Shown: in pieces, positions 1-9,632 of the stretch
How positions within the stretch are numbered: the stretch's first letter is position 1
Layout of the letters: the number at the start of each line of letters is the position of its first letter
Origin: Salinispira sp.
GTDB taxonomy: Bacteria > Spirochaetota > Spirochaetia > DSM-27196 > Salinispiraceae
DNA: 64,000 bases
Direction: 5' to 3'
Assembly (NCBI GenBank): GCA_965226555.1
Contig: CBDDDG010000014.1
Span: 96,001 to 160,000 of the forward strand
Notes under the pieces: model-generated
What the model saw: the letters and a program-made list of their open reading frames with translations, nothing else
Told to the model about the DNA's origin: nothing
Database searches by the model: none
Program-made: the position numbers and the translations under genes

Positions 1-671
1 CACAGAAAAATGCCGTGTCGGCACTGAGAAATTACCGGGGGTTTCATGCCGATATTTCCATTTCCGTAAATGATACAGCGGCGCATGGTCTTCCGAACGC
101 GCGGGCATTTAAACAGGGCGATATTGTAACTGTTGACAGCGCAATATTGTACAGAGGATATTATGGAGATATGGCATGGACCTTCGGTATACCGCCAATT
201 GGTGTAAACGGCAGGCGTCTCATTGCGGCTGCATGGAGGTCCTGCATAGCAGGATGTCTGAAATTGCAGGCAGGAAGCTCAATGGCCGCTCTCGGAAATA
301 CCGTCATTAATACTGCGGAAACTCTCGGCGGCCGTGTTGTTAACGAATTCTGCGGCCACGGCATTGGACGCAATCTTCATGAAGCTCCGCTCATACCCTA
401 TATCTCAAAACCCCATACCGCAGAAAACAGTGAGGAATGGAAATTTCGAAGGGCTATGGTTCTGAATGTTGAACCTGTCGTTACCTTTGACGATCCATCC
501 ATCATTCAATCGGATGATGGAATGAGCTATATAATAAAGAACGGGAACGCTGCCGCGCAGTTTGAACTGACCTGCGCCATTACCGACAACGAACCCCGTT
601 TTCTGAGTTTACCCGGCATGAGTATTACCGATAATCTTGAATATCCGCCGCGCCTGCATTCAGAGCTATGA
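1..671 (+). CDS. map: Type I methionine aminopeptidase (5' end outside window)
   Basis: Motifs SVND..AHG.P, GDIV.VD, GY.GD, FCGHGIG..LHE.P, VEP, AQFE; metal ligands D,D,H,E,E present. Confidence 0.85.
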   Translation, partial: QKNAVSALRNYRGFHADISISVNDTAAHGLPNARAFKQGDIVTVDSAILYRGYYGDMAWTFGIPPIGVNGRRLIAAAWRSCIAGCLKLQAGSSMAALGNTVINTAETLGGRVVNEFCGHGIGRNLHEAPLIPYISKPHTAENSEEWKFRRAMVLNVEPVVTFDDPSIIQSDDGMSYIIKNGNAAAQFELTCAITDNEPRFLSLPGMSITDNLEYPPRLHSEL

Positions 672-705
672 AAGCCATGAACAGCTATGCTGAAGGGAGA
701 TAAAA

Positions 706-1272
706 ATGCTTGTACTTATTCGTCATGCAAAATCAAGCTGGACCCATGAGGGTCTGAGCGATTTCGAACGCCCGCTTAATGAACGGGGCAGGGAAGATAT
801 CATTGTCATGGCAGAACATTTGTCGGAACATGCGCCATGTCCGCGGCAGTTTCTGAGCAGCGCAGCCGAACGGGCCATGGAAACATCCAGTGGTCTTATT
901 AGGGAAATGAATTGCGCATCGCTCCAACCCGATGTACTAAACGAATTGTATATGGCCTCCGCCGATGAAATTCTCCATACGATTCAGCGGAGGGGCAGGG
1001 CTGAAGTTCTCTATGTGTGCGCCCATAATCCTGGAGTAAGTCAGTTTCTGAAGAGGATAATCGGCTCGGATGCCGAACCGCTCAGTACACTGGGAACGGT
1101 ACTATGCGATCACGATGGCCCCTGGGAACATGCGCAATGGGAAAACCTGCGGGTCAGGGAAATTTTCAGCCCTGCCAGCCTCCGAGCCGGCGCGGGCAAG
1201 CGATCCGGCTCGGGCAAGCAATCGGGCGCGGGCAAGCAATCCGGCGCGGAACCGCGATCGGGCAAAGCCTAA
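706..1272 (+). CDS. sixA: SixA-type histidine phosphatase with a low-complexity tandem-repeat C-terminal tail
   Basis: LIRHAKS, D.ERPLN.RG, SS.A.RA.ET and AHNP motifs. Confidence 0.85.
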   Translation: MLVLIRHAKSSWTHEGLSDFERPLNERGREDIIVMAEHLSEHAPCPRQFLSSAAERAMETSSGLIREMNCASLQPDVLNELYMASADEILHTIQRRGRAEVLYVCAHNPGVSQFLKRIIGSDAEPLSTLGTVLCDHDGPWEHAQWENLRVREIFSPASLRAGAGKRSGSGKQSGAGKQSGAEPRSGKA

Positions 1273-1285
1273 GAGCGGGTATTCT

Positions 1286-2422
1286 GTGGAATTTCGTATC
1301 TTGCAGAGTATGGACGATATCCATGCTTCCGAATGGCAGAGCCTCGTTGCTCCCGAGACCAGCCCCTTTCTGGAGTATCCTTGGCTCCATGCCTGCGAAC
1401 ATTCAGGTTCCATGGTTCCCGAAACCGGGTGGCAGTGCAGCCACCTCATTGGCTTTCGGTCCTCTGAAGATGCCGAAAAATGTATGAAGCCCATACTCAT
1501 TCTCCCGATCTACATAAAAAACCATAGCTGGGGCGAGTTTGTGTTCGATTTTGCCTGGGCCGATCTTGCCTCCCAGTTGGGAAAACAGTACTACCCGAAG
1601 GCAGTTGGGCTCATTCCTGCGACTCCTGTTACCGCATACCGCCCCCTCATTGCCGAAGGCTGCGGACATGCCATTGAACCTGCCATTCATTTCCTGCGCG
1701 CAGAGCTGGAGGCAGCGGGAGTGAATAGCCTGTCGTTTCTCTTTGTTACTTCGGAGTTCTCCCGTATTCTGGAATCTCTGGGTTTTAATCGTTGGGTTCA
1801 TCAGGGCTTCAGGTGGTTCAGGAATGAGCAGAGGAGCTTCGACGACTATTTGGCAGGGTTCAAAAAAAATCAACGTAAAAATATCCGAAAAGAACGCAGG
1901 AGCGTGGAAGAAAACGAACTGAGGGTAGTTTATAACAGCGGGAGCGATCTTAGCAATGCCGTTGCCGCCGATATGTATGCTCTGTATTCCGCAACGAATG
2001 CCCGCTTCGGTATGTGGGCTGCAAAATTTTTTAATGAGGCCTTTTTTAAGGAGATATTCCGAACATTTTCCGAAAACATTATTATTATAAGCGCAGTGAA
2101 TGGTACTGCTGTCGGCCGCTCAATGCTGGTCTGCAAAAATAAAAAGCTTTTCGGCCGCTATTGGGGCGCTCACAGGTTTGTAAAAAATCTTCATTTTAAT
2201 CTCTGTTACTACGAGCCCATTAATTTTGCCATTCGCAGCACATTTCATTCCTTCGATCCCGGAATGGGGGGCGAACATAAGAGCAGGCGCGGGTTTATGG
2301 CCATTGAACAGTACAGCATGCATGGTTTTTTCGATCCTCTGCTGGAAAAATTCTTTGCCGGCAACATTCACCGCTTCAATACCTATGCCCGGCATCAGAT
2401 CGACCAGCTGAACGGGAAATGA
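1286..2422 (+). CDS. GNAT-fold FemAB-like (DUF482) protein
   Basis: PFL...WL.A.E.SG, HSWGEFVFD.AWA, YYPK, FDDYL..F....RKNIRKER, GRYWG, LHFNLCYY, GEHK..RGF; GTG at 1286 preferred over ORF-track start 1070. Confidence 0.8.
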   Translation: MEFRILQSMDDIHASEWQSLVAPETSPFLEYPWLHACEHSGSMVPETGWQCSHLIGFRSSEDAEKCMKPILILPIYIKNHSWGEFVFDFAWADLASQLGKQYYPKAVGLIPATPVTAYRPLIAEGCGHAIEPAIHFLRAELEAAGVNSLSFLFVTSEFSRILESLGFNRWVHQGFRWFRNEQRSFDDYLAGFKKNQRKNIRKERRSVEENELRVVYNSGSDLSNAVAADMYALYSATNARFGMWAAKFFNEAFFKEIFRTFSENIIIISAVNGTAVGRSMLVCKNKKLFGRYWGAHRFVKNLHFNLCYYEPINFAIRSTFHSFDPGMGGEHKSRRGFMAIEQYSMHGFFDPLLEKFFAGNIHRFNTYARHQIDQLNGK

Positions 2423-2678
2423 ATAATAAAATTCATGCGGATAGTGAGAAAGTTTCTATTTGAGACCATTGCATAATCCATGGTTTTATTGATGTAGGGA
2501 AGGATGATAAAAATTTGAGATAAAGTGATGGGATGATGCGGGAAAAACGGGGTGATAACACCATCTGAGCACCTGCGAAGGATCGCATTTCGCTCATTTT
2601 CGACCGTTTCTCCGCTGGTTTTCGTCTTTCGGGCGTCTGTTGCCGGTCGGCTTCTGCCGTTTGTCCCGAATGCGGTCG

Positions 2679-3776
2679 CTAAGCCGCCCATTTTCCCTGT
2701 TTCTGCAATTCCAAAATCTTCGGTACCCGTTTCAAATTATACGCAATAGCAGACAACAGATGCTGCGTATGCGCTTTTGTTATTCCGACATAGCGGGTTC
2801 TCCCCCCGCCAAACCATTGGTGCATTCCTCCGAATGTGCGTTCTATTTTGTACCGTCCGCGCTGTATCTCTTTGTTCCTCAGTTTCTGCTCCGCGGTCAA
2901 TTGCTTCTTCTTCTCACCCTTCTTCGCTCTGGCTACCTTCCACATAATGCCGTCTTTCAGCTTTCTCTTCTTCAGCGCCGCTCGGTTCTTCGTGCTTGTA
3001 TATCCTTTGTCCGCCTGCACTTCTACGTTCTCATCCAATTGCCCCTTATCGAGTAGCGTTTCAAACACCGTACTGTCATGGACATTCGCCGGGGCTGGTC
3101 GGAGGCTGCGCCTCCTGCTCGCCCATGCGTCCGGGGTGGTCTCGACCGCTACCATAAGCCCATTGTCATCGGCAAGACAATGCTTCTTCGCTCCAAAATG
3201 AAATTCCCCATTCTTTTTCGTCCACCTCATATCGGTATCTACTCTGTCCGCAAACTTCTCCGGTTCCCGCTCTAAGGATTTATTATCCGATTGAGCGCAT
3301 TCATCACTGTCTGTGCGATCAACGATCCCGCGGGGTTTTCTCGGACTTCTGGTAATGCTCGCATCAACTTTAACCGCTTTCTTAATCATAATCCCCCGCG
3401 TTTCAAGCTGTCGGTTTATTTCATTAAGCAGTCGGTCAAAGATTCCCGCTTTCGTCATGGCTGTGCGAAAACGGCTGAGAACACTGTGATCCGGCACATC
3501 ATCTTCCACAATAAGACCGCAGAAATTCGATGCTCCCATGCTGTCATTCACCATATCTTCCACACCATAATCGCTGAGATCATTCCACATTCCCAATAGA
3601 AGCATTTTGAACAGCAGCAGGCCAGGGTAGGCAGCCCTGCCGACCGCGCTGCTTCCTCGGGTATCGTGTTCTGTAATAATTTCCTCAATGGGCTTCCAGT
3701 CGATAATCTGGTCAATTTTCCGATAGAAGGTGTTTTTCCGTGTACGTCTTTCCATACTGTCTGCGACAAATGACAT
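2679..3776 (-). CDS. IS5-family DDE transposase carrying a 14-aa in-frame insertion
   Basis: GR.AY....FKMLLL..W..LSD, PDHS.LSRFR, VDAS, T.ANVHD, ADKGY, IERTFG motifs; SD CAGGAG upstream of ATG 3776. Confidence 0.9.
   Translation of the reverse strand: MSFVADSMERRTRKNTFYRKIDQIIDWKPIEEIITEHDTRGSSAVGRAAYPGLLLFKMLLLGMWNDLSDYGVEDMVNDSMGASNFCGLIVEDDVPDHSVLSRFRTAMTKAGIFDRLLNEINRQLETRGIMIKKAVKVDASITRSPRKPRGIVDRTDSDECAQSDNKSLEREPEKFADRVDTDMRWTKKNGEFHFGAKKHCLADDNGLMVAVETTPDAWASRRRSLRPAPANVHDSTVFETLLDKGQLDENVEVQADKGYTSTKNRAALKKRKLKDGIMWKVARAKKGEKKKQLTAEQKLRNKEIQRGRYKIERTFGGMHQWFGGGRTRYVGITKAHTQHLLSAIAYNLKRVPKILELQKQGKWAA
3092..3133 (-). repeat. 42-bp GC-rich micro-element (type C), in frame inside the transposase
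   Basis: Exact reverse complement of 35634-35675; CCGGGG repeated at 3089-3094 and 3131-3136; internal hairpin GGAGGC-TGC-GCCTCC. Confidence 0.9.
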
Positions 3777-3961
3777 AGTGTGCTCCTGAGATTTGATCAT
3801 GGTAAGGATCATAGCATATATATGAGGACTGATTACAGCCAGAAAGCGAAAAATCGAAAGAAAAATTCAAAAAAGTTCATATGGGATGTTGACACTCTGG
3901 ATACATGAACGGTACTATAATATCACCGATGAGACTGTTGCCATGCAATGATCTCTATTTG

Positions 3962-4086
3962 AAAGTTTTGCAAAATGCAAAACTTTCTATAAAATAGGAG
4001 AATGCTAAGCACAAAGAAAGCATTCCAGATCGGAAACTTTTGCTACTGGAAATTGTGCAAGCACAATTTTCCAATGCAAAAGTTTC
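3962..4086 (+). repeat. Composite palindromic element type A (short hairpin + conserved spacer + 54-bp long hairpin)
   Basis: AAAGTTTTGC-AAAAT-GCAAAACTTT, spacer GAGAATGCTAAGCACAAAGAAAGCATT, then GAAACTTTTGCTACTGGAAATTGTGC-AA-GCACAATTTTCCAATGCAAAAGTTTC. Confidence 0.9.
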
Positions 4087-4209
4087 TATTTGATATTTCT
4101 GATATTCCTGATATTGTGTTATACTTGGTAAGGAAGGGTTCTGCGCGTATCCGCAACAAAACATAAGCGGATTCTGTCCGACCCATCTTTTATAAAAAGG
4201 GGTATTAAA

Positions 4210-6154
4210 ATGATATGTAATTGTAATCCACTACGGAAAGTACAGGGAACTTTTCCTGTTTTTGTTGTCATGAGCGTGGTTCTCATCGCGTTACTTGCCG
4301 GATGTCCAATGCCGGAACCGGAACCCAATATGGGGGGGGGGGGGGGGTGATTCGACCCCGCCAGCCCAGATGGCTGCCCCAAGCCTTGAAGCGGGGAATA
4401 CGCAACTAACTGTTAACTGGACTCCGCCGACCGATACTGGCGGCAGCGACATTACCGCGTATGAACTTCGCCATAGCGATGACGGCGGGATCAGCTGGTC
4501 GGATATTATCGAAATCCCCGCGCCAGCCACAGAGACCATCATCACGAACCTGACAAACGGCACCGAATACGTCGTGCAGGTGCGCGCAGGGAACAGCGAT
4601 GGGCAAGGCGACTGGTCGGAATCGAGCGCAGAAGCAACCCCTATTACCGTTCCCACGAAGCCGAATAATTTTACGCTCGCAGCGGACGATATGCAAATTA
4701 CCGCAACATGGGCTGCGCCGACCGATACTGGCGGCAGTGCCATTACCCGCTATGAACGGCAACATCGCGAAGTTGGAGCAAGCGCGTGGGAAAATCCCGT
4801 TTCTATAGCTGCGGATGCAAACCCTCTGGAGTCCGTCATCACATCCCTGACAAACGGCACCGAGTACGAGGTGCGGGTCTACGCTGTCAATGAGCAGGGA
4901 AATGGAAACCCAGCGACTGACACCGCAACCCCTATTGGGCCTCCTGACGCGCCAACTGCTCTCACGCTCACAGCCGGAGACACCGAACTTGAGGGAGCAT
5001 GGACAGCGCCCAATGACAACGGCAGCCCCATTCTTCGCTATGAACTGCAATATCGCGAAGTTACCGACCCGGAAGGAAGTTGGCTGGATGTGACTACCGC
5101 TTCCGACATTACTGCCGCGAGCCGCACCATTACCGGGCTGACAAACGGCACCCCCTACCACGTACGGGTGCGCGCCGTCAACGCGGTGGGTAATGGCGGC
5201 TGGTCTGCGCCTGCAACGAGAAGACTGCTGCCTTCTGCGACACAGGTTCCCTTTGGTACGGCAGCCTCCGTCATTCTTTCGGCTGCTATTGACACCCAAA
5301 TTGCCGATGAGAGCCTCACCGTTACTGTGGCTCCGGCTACTACCCCAACTACGCCCGCAGATGTTACCTCCCCGACAGTTGACTCAAGTACCGGAGTTAT
5401 TACCGTTGCCGCAACGACAACTGCCGGAACATATGTGGTATCCGGCGCAACCGGAGGAGAAAACACGTTTACCGAAAAGTTTTATGTTACCGTGAGTCCT
5501 GCTGATAACGCTGCACTGGACGCCGCGGTAACTGCGGGAATAACAACCTGGGGCAATACTGCCGATCTCAACTACATTATTACCACGGCAATAACGGACA
5601 TGTCCGAGGTGTTCAAGGAGAAAAGAGAATTCAATGGCGACATTTCACTCTGGAATACTACAGCGGTAACAGATATGAGCCATATGTTCGATAAAGCAGA
5701 CGCATTCAATGGCGATATCTCTGGCTGGGATGTCAGCTCGGTAACGGATATGAGCAATATGTTCACGGACACAGACGCATTCAATGGCAATCTTAATGGA
5801 TGGAATGTCAGCTCGGTAACGGATATGAACAGTATGTTCAGTACCTCAGTATTCCATGGCGATATCTCGGGCTGGGATGCCAGCTCGGTAACAGATATGA
5901 GCCTTATGTTCTTTGGTGCAGGCCAATTCAATGGCGATATTTCCGGCTGGGATGTTAGTTCGGTAACGACTATGAGCTTTATGTTCTATGCTGCAAACGC
6001 ATTTACCGGCGATCTTGAGGAGTGGAAAGATCATTGGACGCCCGAAACTGGCAACAAGCTCAATGCTTCTGGCAAATATACCGGAACCAAAACAGATATG
6101 TTTACGGATTCCGGTGTGAACACCGAGAATGGGAATGTGCCGTCATGGTATTAG
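4210..6154 (+). CDS. Surface lipoprotein, 3x fibronectin type III + DUF285/BspA-like repeats; frameshifted at G16 tract (4332-4347)
   Basis: Signal peptide with lipobox LLAG-C from ATG 4210 ends at TGA 4348; the body (W..P...GGS.IT.Y, LTNGTEY.V.V.A.N, FNGDISGWDVSSVTDM..MF repeats) is in the next frame; paralog of 6327-7982. Confidence 0.85.
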
Positions 6155-6326
6155 GAGCAGTTTCATAGCCCGCAGTAACTGTCGGGGTCTGCTCACATGT
6201 TTATTTCTCATTCTATTTGATATTTCTGATATTGTGTGCTATCCTCTAAGGAAGGGTTCGCGCGTATCCGCAATGAAACATAAGCGGATTCTGTCCGACC
6301 CATCTTTTATAAAAAAGGGTATTAAA

Positions 6327-7982
6327 ATGATATGTAATTGTAATCCACTACGGAAAGTACAGGGAACTTTTCCTGTATGTGTTGCAATAAGCGTGGTTCT
6401 CATCGCGTTACTTGCTGCATGTCCAATGCCGGAACCGGAACCGGAACCCAATATGGGAGGGGGTAATGTAAGCCCGCCAGCCCAGATGGCTGCCCCAAGC
6501 CTTGAAGCGGGGAATACGCAACTAAGGGCTACTTGGACTCCGCCGACCGATACTGGCAGCAGCGAAATTACCGCGTACCATGTGCAGCACAGAACAAGCG
6601 CCGCTAGCACGTGGTCAACGACTGATACAGATAACATCGCCACTATTACTCCCCCTGACGCAAGCTACACCATTACCGGGCTGACAAACGGTACCTCCTA
6701 CGATGTACGGGTGCGCGCTGTCAATGCTATCGGCACTGGAGGCTGGTCTGAATCCGCAACGGAAATGCCGACAATAATTTTATCGACACAGACTCCCGCG
6801 GGTACGGCAGCGACTGTAAGCCTTTCGGCTGATATCGATACCATTATTGCCGCTCAGAATCCAACCGTTTCATTGACCACCGTGGAACCGGGCACTCTCG
6901 CAATTAGTGCCTCAGGAGTCATTACGATCACCCCCGCAACTGCGCCCGCAGGGGTTACCGTTCCGACAGTTGATGCGGGTACCGGAGTTGTTACGGTTAC
7001 CACGAGTACAACGGCAGGAACATATCTGGTATACGGCACTGAATCCGGAGGCGCAAATATACTCTTTGCCGAATTTTTCTCTGTTACCGTGAGTCCTGCT
7101 GATAACACTGAACTGCAAACAGCGGTAAATACGGGAATTCAACTCTGGGGCGATACTGCCGATCTCAACTACATTATTACCACGGCAGTAACGAATATGA
7201 CCGAGGTGTTTAGTAGCGTATTCAATGGCGATATCTCACGCTGGAATGTCAGCTCGGTAACGAATATGTTCTATATGTTCAAGAGCGCAAGCGCATTCAA
7301 TGGCGATATCTCGGACTGGGATGTTAGCTCGGTAACGAGTATGTTCGGTATGTTCAATGAAGCACATGCATTCAATCAGAATATCTCCAGCTGGGATGTC
7401 AGCTCGGTAACGGATATGTCCTATATGTTCAGGGAGGCACGCGCATTCAATAGCGATATCTCCGGCTGGAATGTCAGCAAGGTAATGAATATGGCAGTTA
7501 TGTTCAATGAAGCACGCGCATTCAATGGCGATATCTCCAAATGGAAAACTGGCGCGGTAACGAGTATGACCTCTATGTTCAATAGTGCAAGCGCATTCAA
7601 TCAGAATATCTCCAGCTGGGATGTCAGCTCGGTAACGACTATGAACCATATGTTCGATAACGCAAGCGCATTCAATGGCGATATCTCGGAATGGAATGTC
7701 AGCAAGGTAACGTCTATGTCCTATATGTTCAGGGCTGCAAGCGCATTCAATGGCGATATCTCGGAATGGAATGTCAGCAAGGTAACGTCTATGTCCTATA
7801 TGTTCAGGGCTGCAAGCGCATTCAATCAAGATCTTGAGGACTGGAAAGATCATTGGTCGCCCGAAACTGGCAACAAGCTCAATGCTTCTGGCAAATATAC
7901 CGGAAACACAACAGATATGTTTGTGAATTCCGGTGTGGGCACTGGAATGGGACAGACAGCGTTTCCGTCATGGTATCAGTAG
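6327..7982 (+). CDS. Surface lipoprotein, 1x FN3 + DUF285/BspA-like repeats (intact paralog)
   Basis: Lipobox LLAA-C, one FN3 domain, about 8 repeats of FN.DIS.W.VS.VT.M..MF, C-terminal ...PSWY cap. Confidence 0.9.
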   Translation: MICNCNPLRKVQGTFPVCVAISVVLIALLAACPMPEPEPEPNMGGGNVSPPAQMAAPSLEAGNTQLRATWTPPTDTGSSEITAYHVQHRTSAASTWSTTDTDNIATITPPDASYTITGLTNGTSYDVRVRAVNAIGTGGWSESATEMPTIILSTQTPAGTAATVSLSADIDTIIAAQNPTVSLTTVEPGTLAISASGVITITPATAPAGVTVPTVDAGTGVVTVTTSTTAGTYLVYGTESGGANILFAEFFSVTVSPADNTELQTAVNTGIQLWGDTADLNYIITTAVTNMTEVFSSVFNGDISRWNVSSVTNMFYMFKSASAFNGDISDWDVSSVTSMFGMFNEAHAFNQNISSWDVSSVTDMSYMFREARAFNSDISGWNVSKVMNMAVMFNEARAFNGDISKWKTGAVTSMTSMFNSASAFNQNISSWDVSSVTTMNHMFDNASAFNGDISEWNVSKVTSMSYMFRAASAFNGDISEWNVSKVTSMSYMFRAASAFNQDLEDWKDHWSPETGNKLNASGKYTGNTTDMFVNSGVGTGMGQTAFPSWYQ

Positions 7983-8354
7983 TTTCATAGCCCGCATCGG
8001 CTATTGAAAAGTTACTATTCAACTCAGGCAGGAGCGGGGGTGGTCGGCGCTGCGCGCCATGCGGCGGGATCAGGTCAATAGAAACTTTTCCAATGCAAAA
8101 CTTTGTAATATCTCAAAATAATAGAAACTTTTTGAAAAAAATTTCTCATTTTGTCATTCATCATTCATATTTTACCCGTCTATATAGTATGAGCGGAAAA
8201 TATATAGGAATGGTACACGACCAAAGTTGGAAATATGCTTTCGAAAATCCCCAGATATTCAGGGATTTCATATACTCATATTTCAACAAGGACCTCGCGC
8301 GGAGCATCGTTCCCGGGAGTATGCTGAGCATCAACCCTGAATTTATCCACAACC

Positions 8355-8452
8355 AAAGTTTTGCCTGAGGCAAAACTTTCTATACCTTGAGAGAATCAAG
8401 AATATAGATGAGAGAAAGCTCATTGGAAAATTTTGCAGAGCAAAATTTTCTG
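8355..8452 (+). repeat. Composite palindromic element type B
   Basis: Hairpin + CTATACCTTGAGAGAATCAAGAATATAGATGAGAGAA + ATTGGAAAATT..GC-AGA-GC..AATTTTCTG; also at 9031-9155 and 49167-49350. Confidence 0.85.
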
Positions 8453-8555
8453 AGGCGAACTCAGGCATTCCATCTCCGATGTCATTTACAAAACTACGTG
8501 CCGTTTCAAAGATAGCGCGCGGAAACTGAAACCGCTTGATGTCTACTTCATCACC

Positions 8556-8710
8556 AAAGTTTTGCCACAACAAAGTTTTGCCTGAGGCAAAACTTTGTTG
8601 TGGCAAAACTTTCTAAAAATAGGAGAATGCTAAGCACAAAGAAAGCATTTCGAATCTGAAACTTTTGCTACTGGAAATTGCGCACGCGCAATTTTCCAAT
8701 GCAAAAGTTT
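8556..8710 (+). repeat. Type A element whose first hairpin is a nested perfect palindrome with 27-bp arms
   Basis: AAAGTTTTGCCACAACAAAGTTTTGCC-TGA-GGCAAAACTTTGTTGTGGCAAAACTTT (8556-8612), type A spacer, long hairpin 8658-8710. Confidence 0.9.
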
Positions 8711-9030
8711 TGTATTGAGTTTCAGTCGACAGTGGATAACAACATGCCCGGGAGAATCTACACATACGCCCAGCACTTATCCGAACGCATTTCCTCATCG
8801 GGGATTGAGGAAAGTGACTACCGTATAATCACCCTTGTGATCTACACCTGCTCTGGAGCGCCAATGACAAATTCTGACCCCCGCAAAATAGATTTTTCAT
8901 CATATCTTTACTTAGGCATTTGTATATCGAAAATCTTGGAACAATAGAAGAATACACAGAAGAAACAATCGCCATCCTCAACAATGTGGTACAGAATGAT
9001 ATTCCCGAAGAGAAAGATGTATTATATGAC

Positions 9031-9155
9031 AAAGTTTTGCCTTGGAAAATTGCGCGTGCGCAATTTCCAGTAGCAAAACTTTCTATACCTGGAGAGAATC
9101 AAGAATATAGATGAGAGAACCCTCATTGGAAAATTGTGCAGAGCACAATTTTCTG
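9031..9155 (+). repeat. Composite palindromic element type B
   Basis: Long hairpin in reverse orientation + type B spacer + half-size hairpin. Confidence 0.85.
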
Positions 9156-9279
9156 TGAATGGATAATAAAGAGGTTTGATGGTAAGATAACTAGGGATGA
9201 AACAAAGAAACTATTTGCTGGTCGCGCTCCGCGCTGCTCGCCATGCAGCCGGCAGTAAAATCCTGATGAGGCAAAAACT

Positions 9280-9540
9280 ATGTTGGTAGATCTTTTAGAT
9301 AAGCCATGGCGGGCAGGACTTGAGCAGGGACTTGAGCAGGGACTTGAGCAAGGGCGTGCTGAGCTCCAGCGTGAGCATGATCGAACCCAACGTGAGCAGG
9401 TACTCAAAATGCTTAAGGAGGGTCTATCGATGGACATTATTCATAAGATAACCGAGCTCAACGAGGATGAAATTCGAGCATTTCAGAAAAACGCCCGGAA
9501 AAACGGTAGTGAAAATAGCAGGGAAAACGGTAAAAAGTAA
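9280..9540 (+). CDS. Intact Rpn C-terminal small ORF (RpnS-like, 86 aa)
   Basis: ATG preceded by GAGG; GLEQGLEQGLEQG repeat and MLKEGLSMDII.KIT.L HTH-like tail. Confidence 0.6.
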   Translation: MLVDLLDKPWRAGLEQGLEQGLEQGRAELQREHDRTQREQVLKMLKEGLSMDIIHKITELNEDEIRAFQKNARKNGSENSRENGKK

Positions 9541-9632
9541 AAGCGCAGCCGCGCATTGCCTCAGCAACTCCTATACGCGCCCATCACTTATCCAAACGCA
9601 TTACCCGATCGAATGATGCAAAGAACAACAAT

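Larger units (their letters stand above)
2462..3955 (-). mobile_element. IS5-family (IS1106-like) insertion sequence, about 1.5 kb
   Basis: Terminal inverted repeats GAGACCATTGCAT (2462-2474) and ATGCAATGATCTC (3943-3955), 1 mismatch; flanked by TATTT direct repeats (2457-2461, 3956-3960); encloses a transposase. Confidence 0.85.
8189..9540 (+). pseudogene. Rpn-family (PD-(D/E)XK recombination-promoting nuclease/putative transposase) gene broken by repeat insertions
   Basis: Fragments HDQSWKYAFENP..FRDFI, SDVIY, VYFI|IEFQS.VD..MPGRI..Y and a GLEQGLEQG..HTH tail; palindromes at 8355-8452, 8556-8710 and 9031-9155, GC-rich unit at about 9217-9255. Confidence 0.8.

Noticed and set aside
1070..1285. 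ORF-track starts at 1070, 4295, 6129 and 44076
   Set aside because: They overlap upstream genes or precede a frameshift; signal peptides or domain boundaries point to 1286, 4210, 6327 and 44313.
8355..9155. Palindrome clusters as a CRISPR array
   Set aside because: Spacing is irregular, orientations are mixed, the intervening DNA is either a conserved spacer or Rpn coding sequence, and there are no cas genes.
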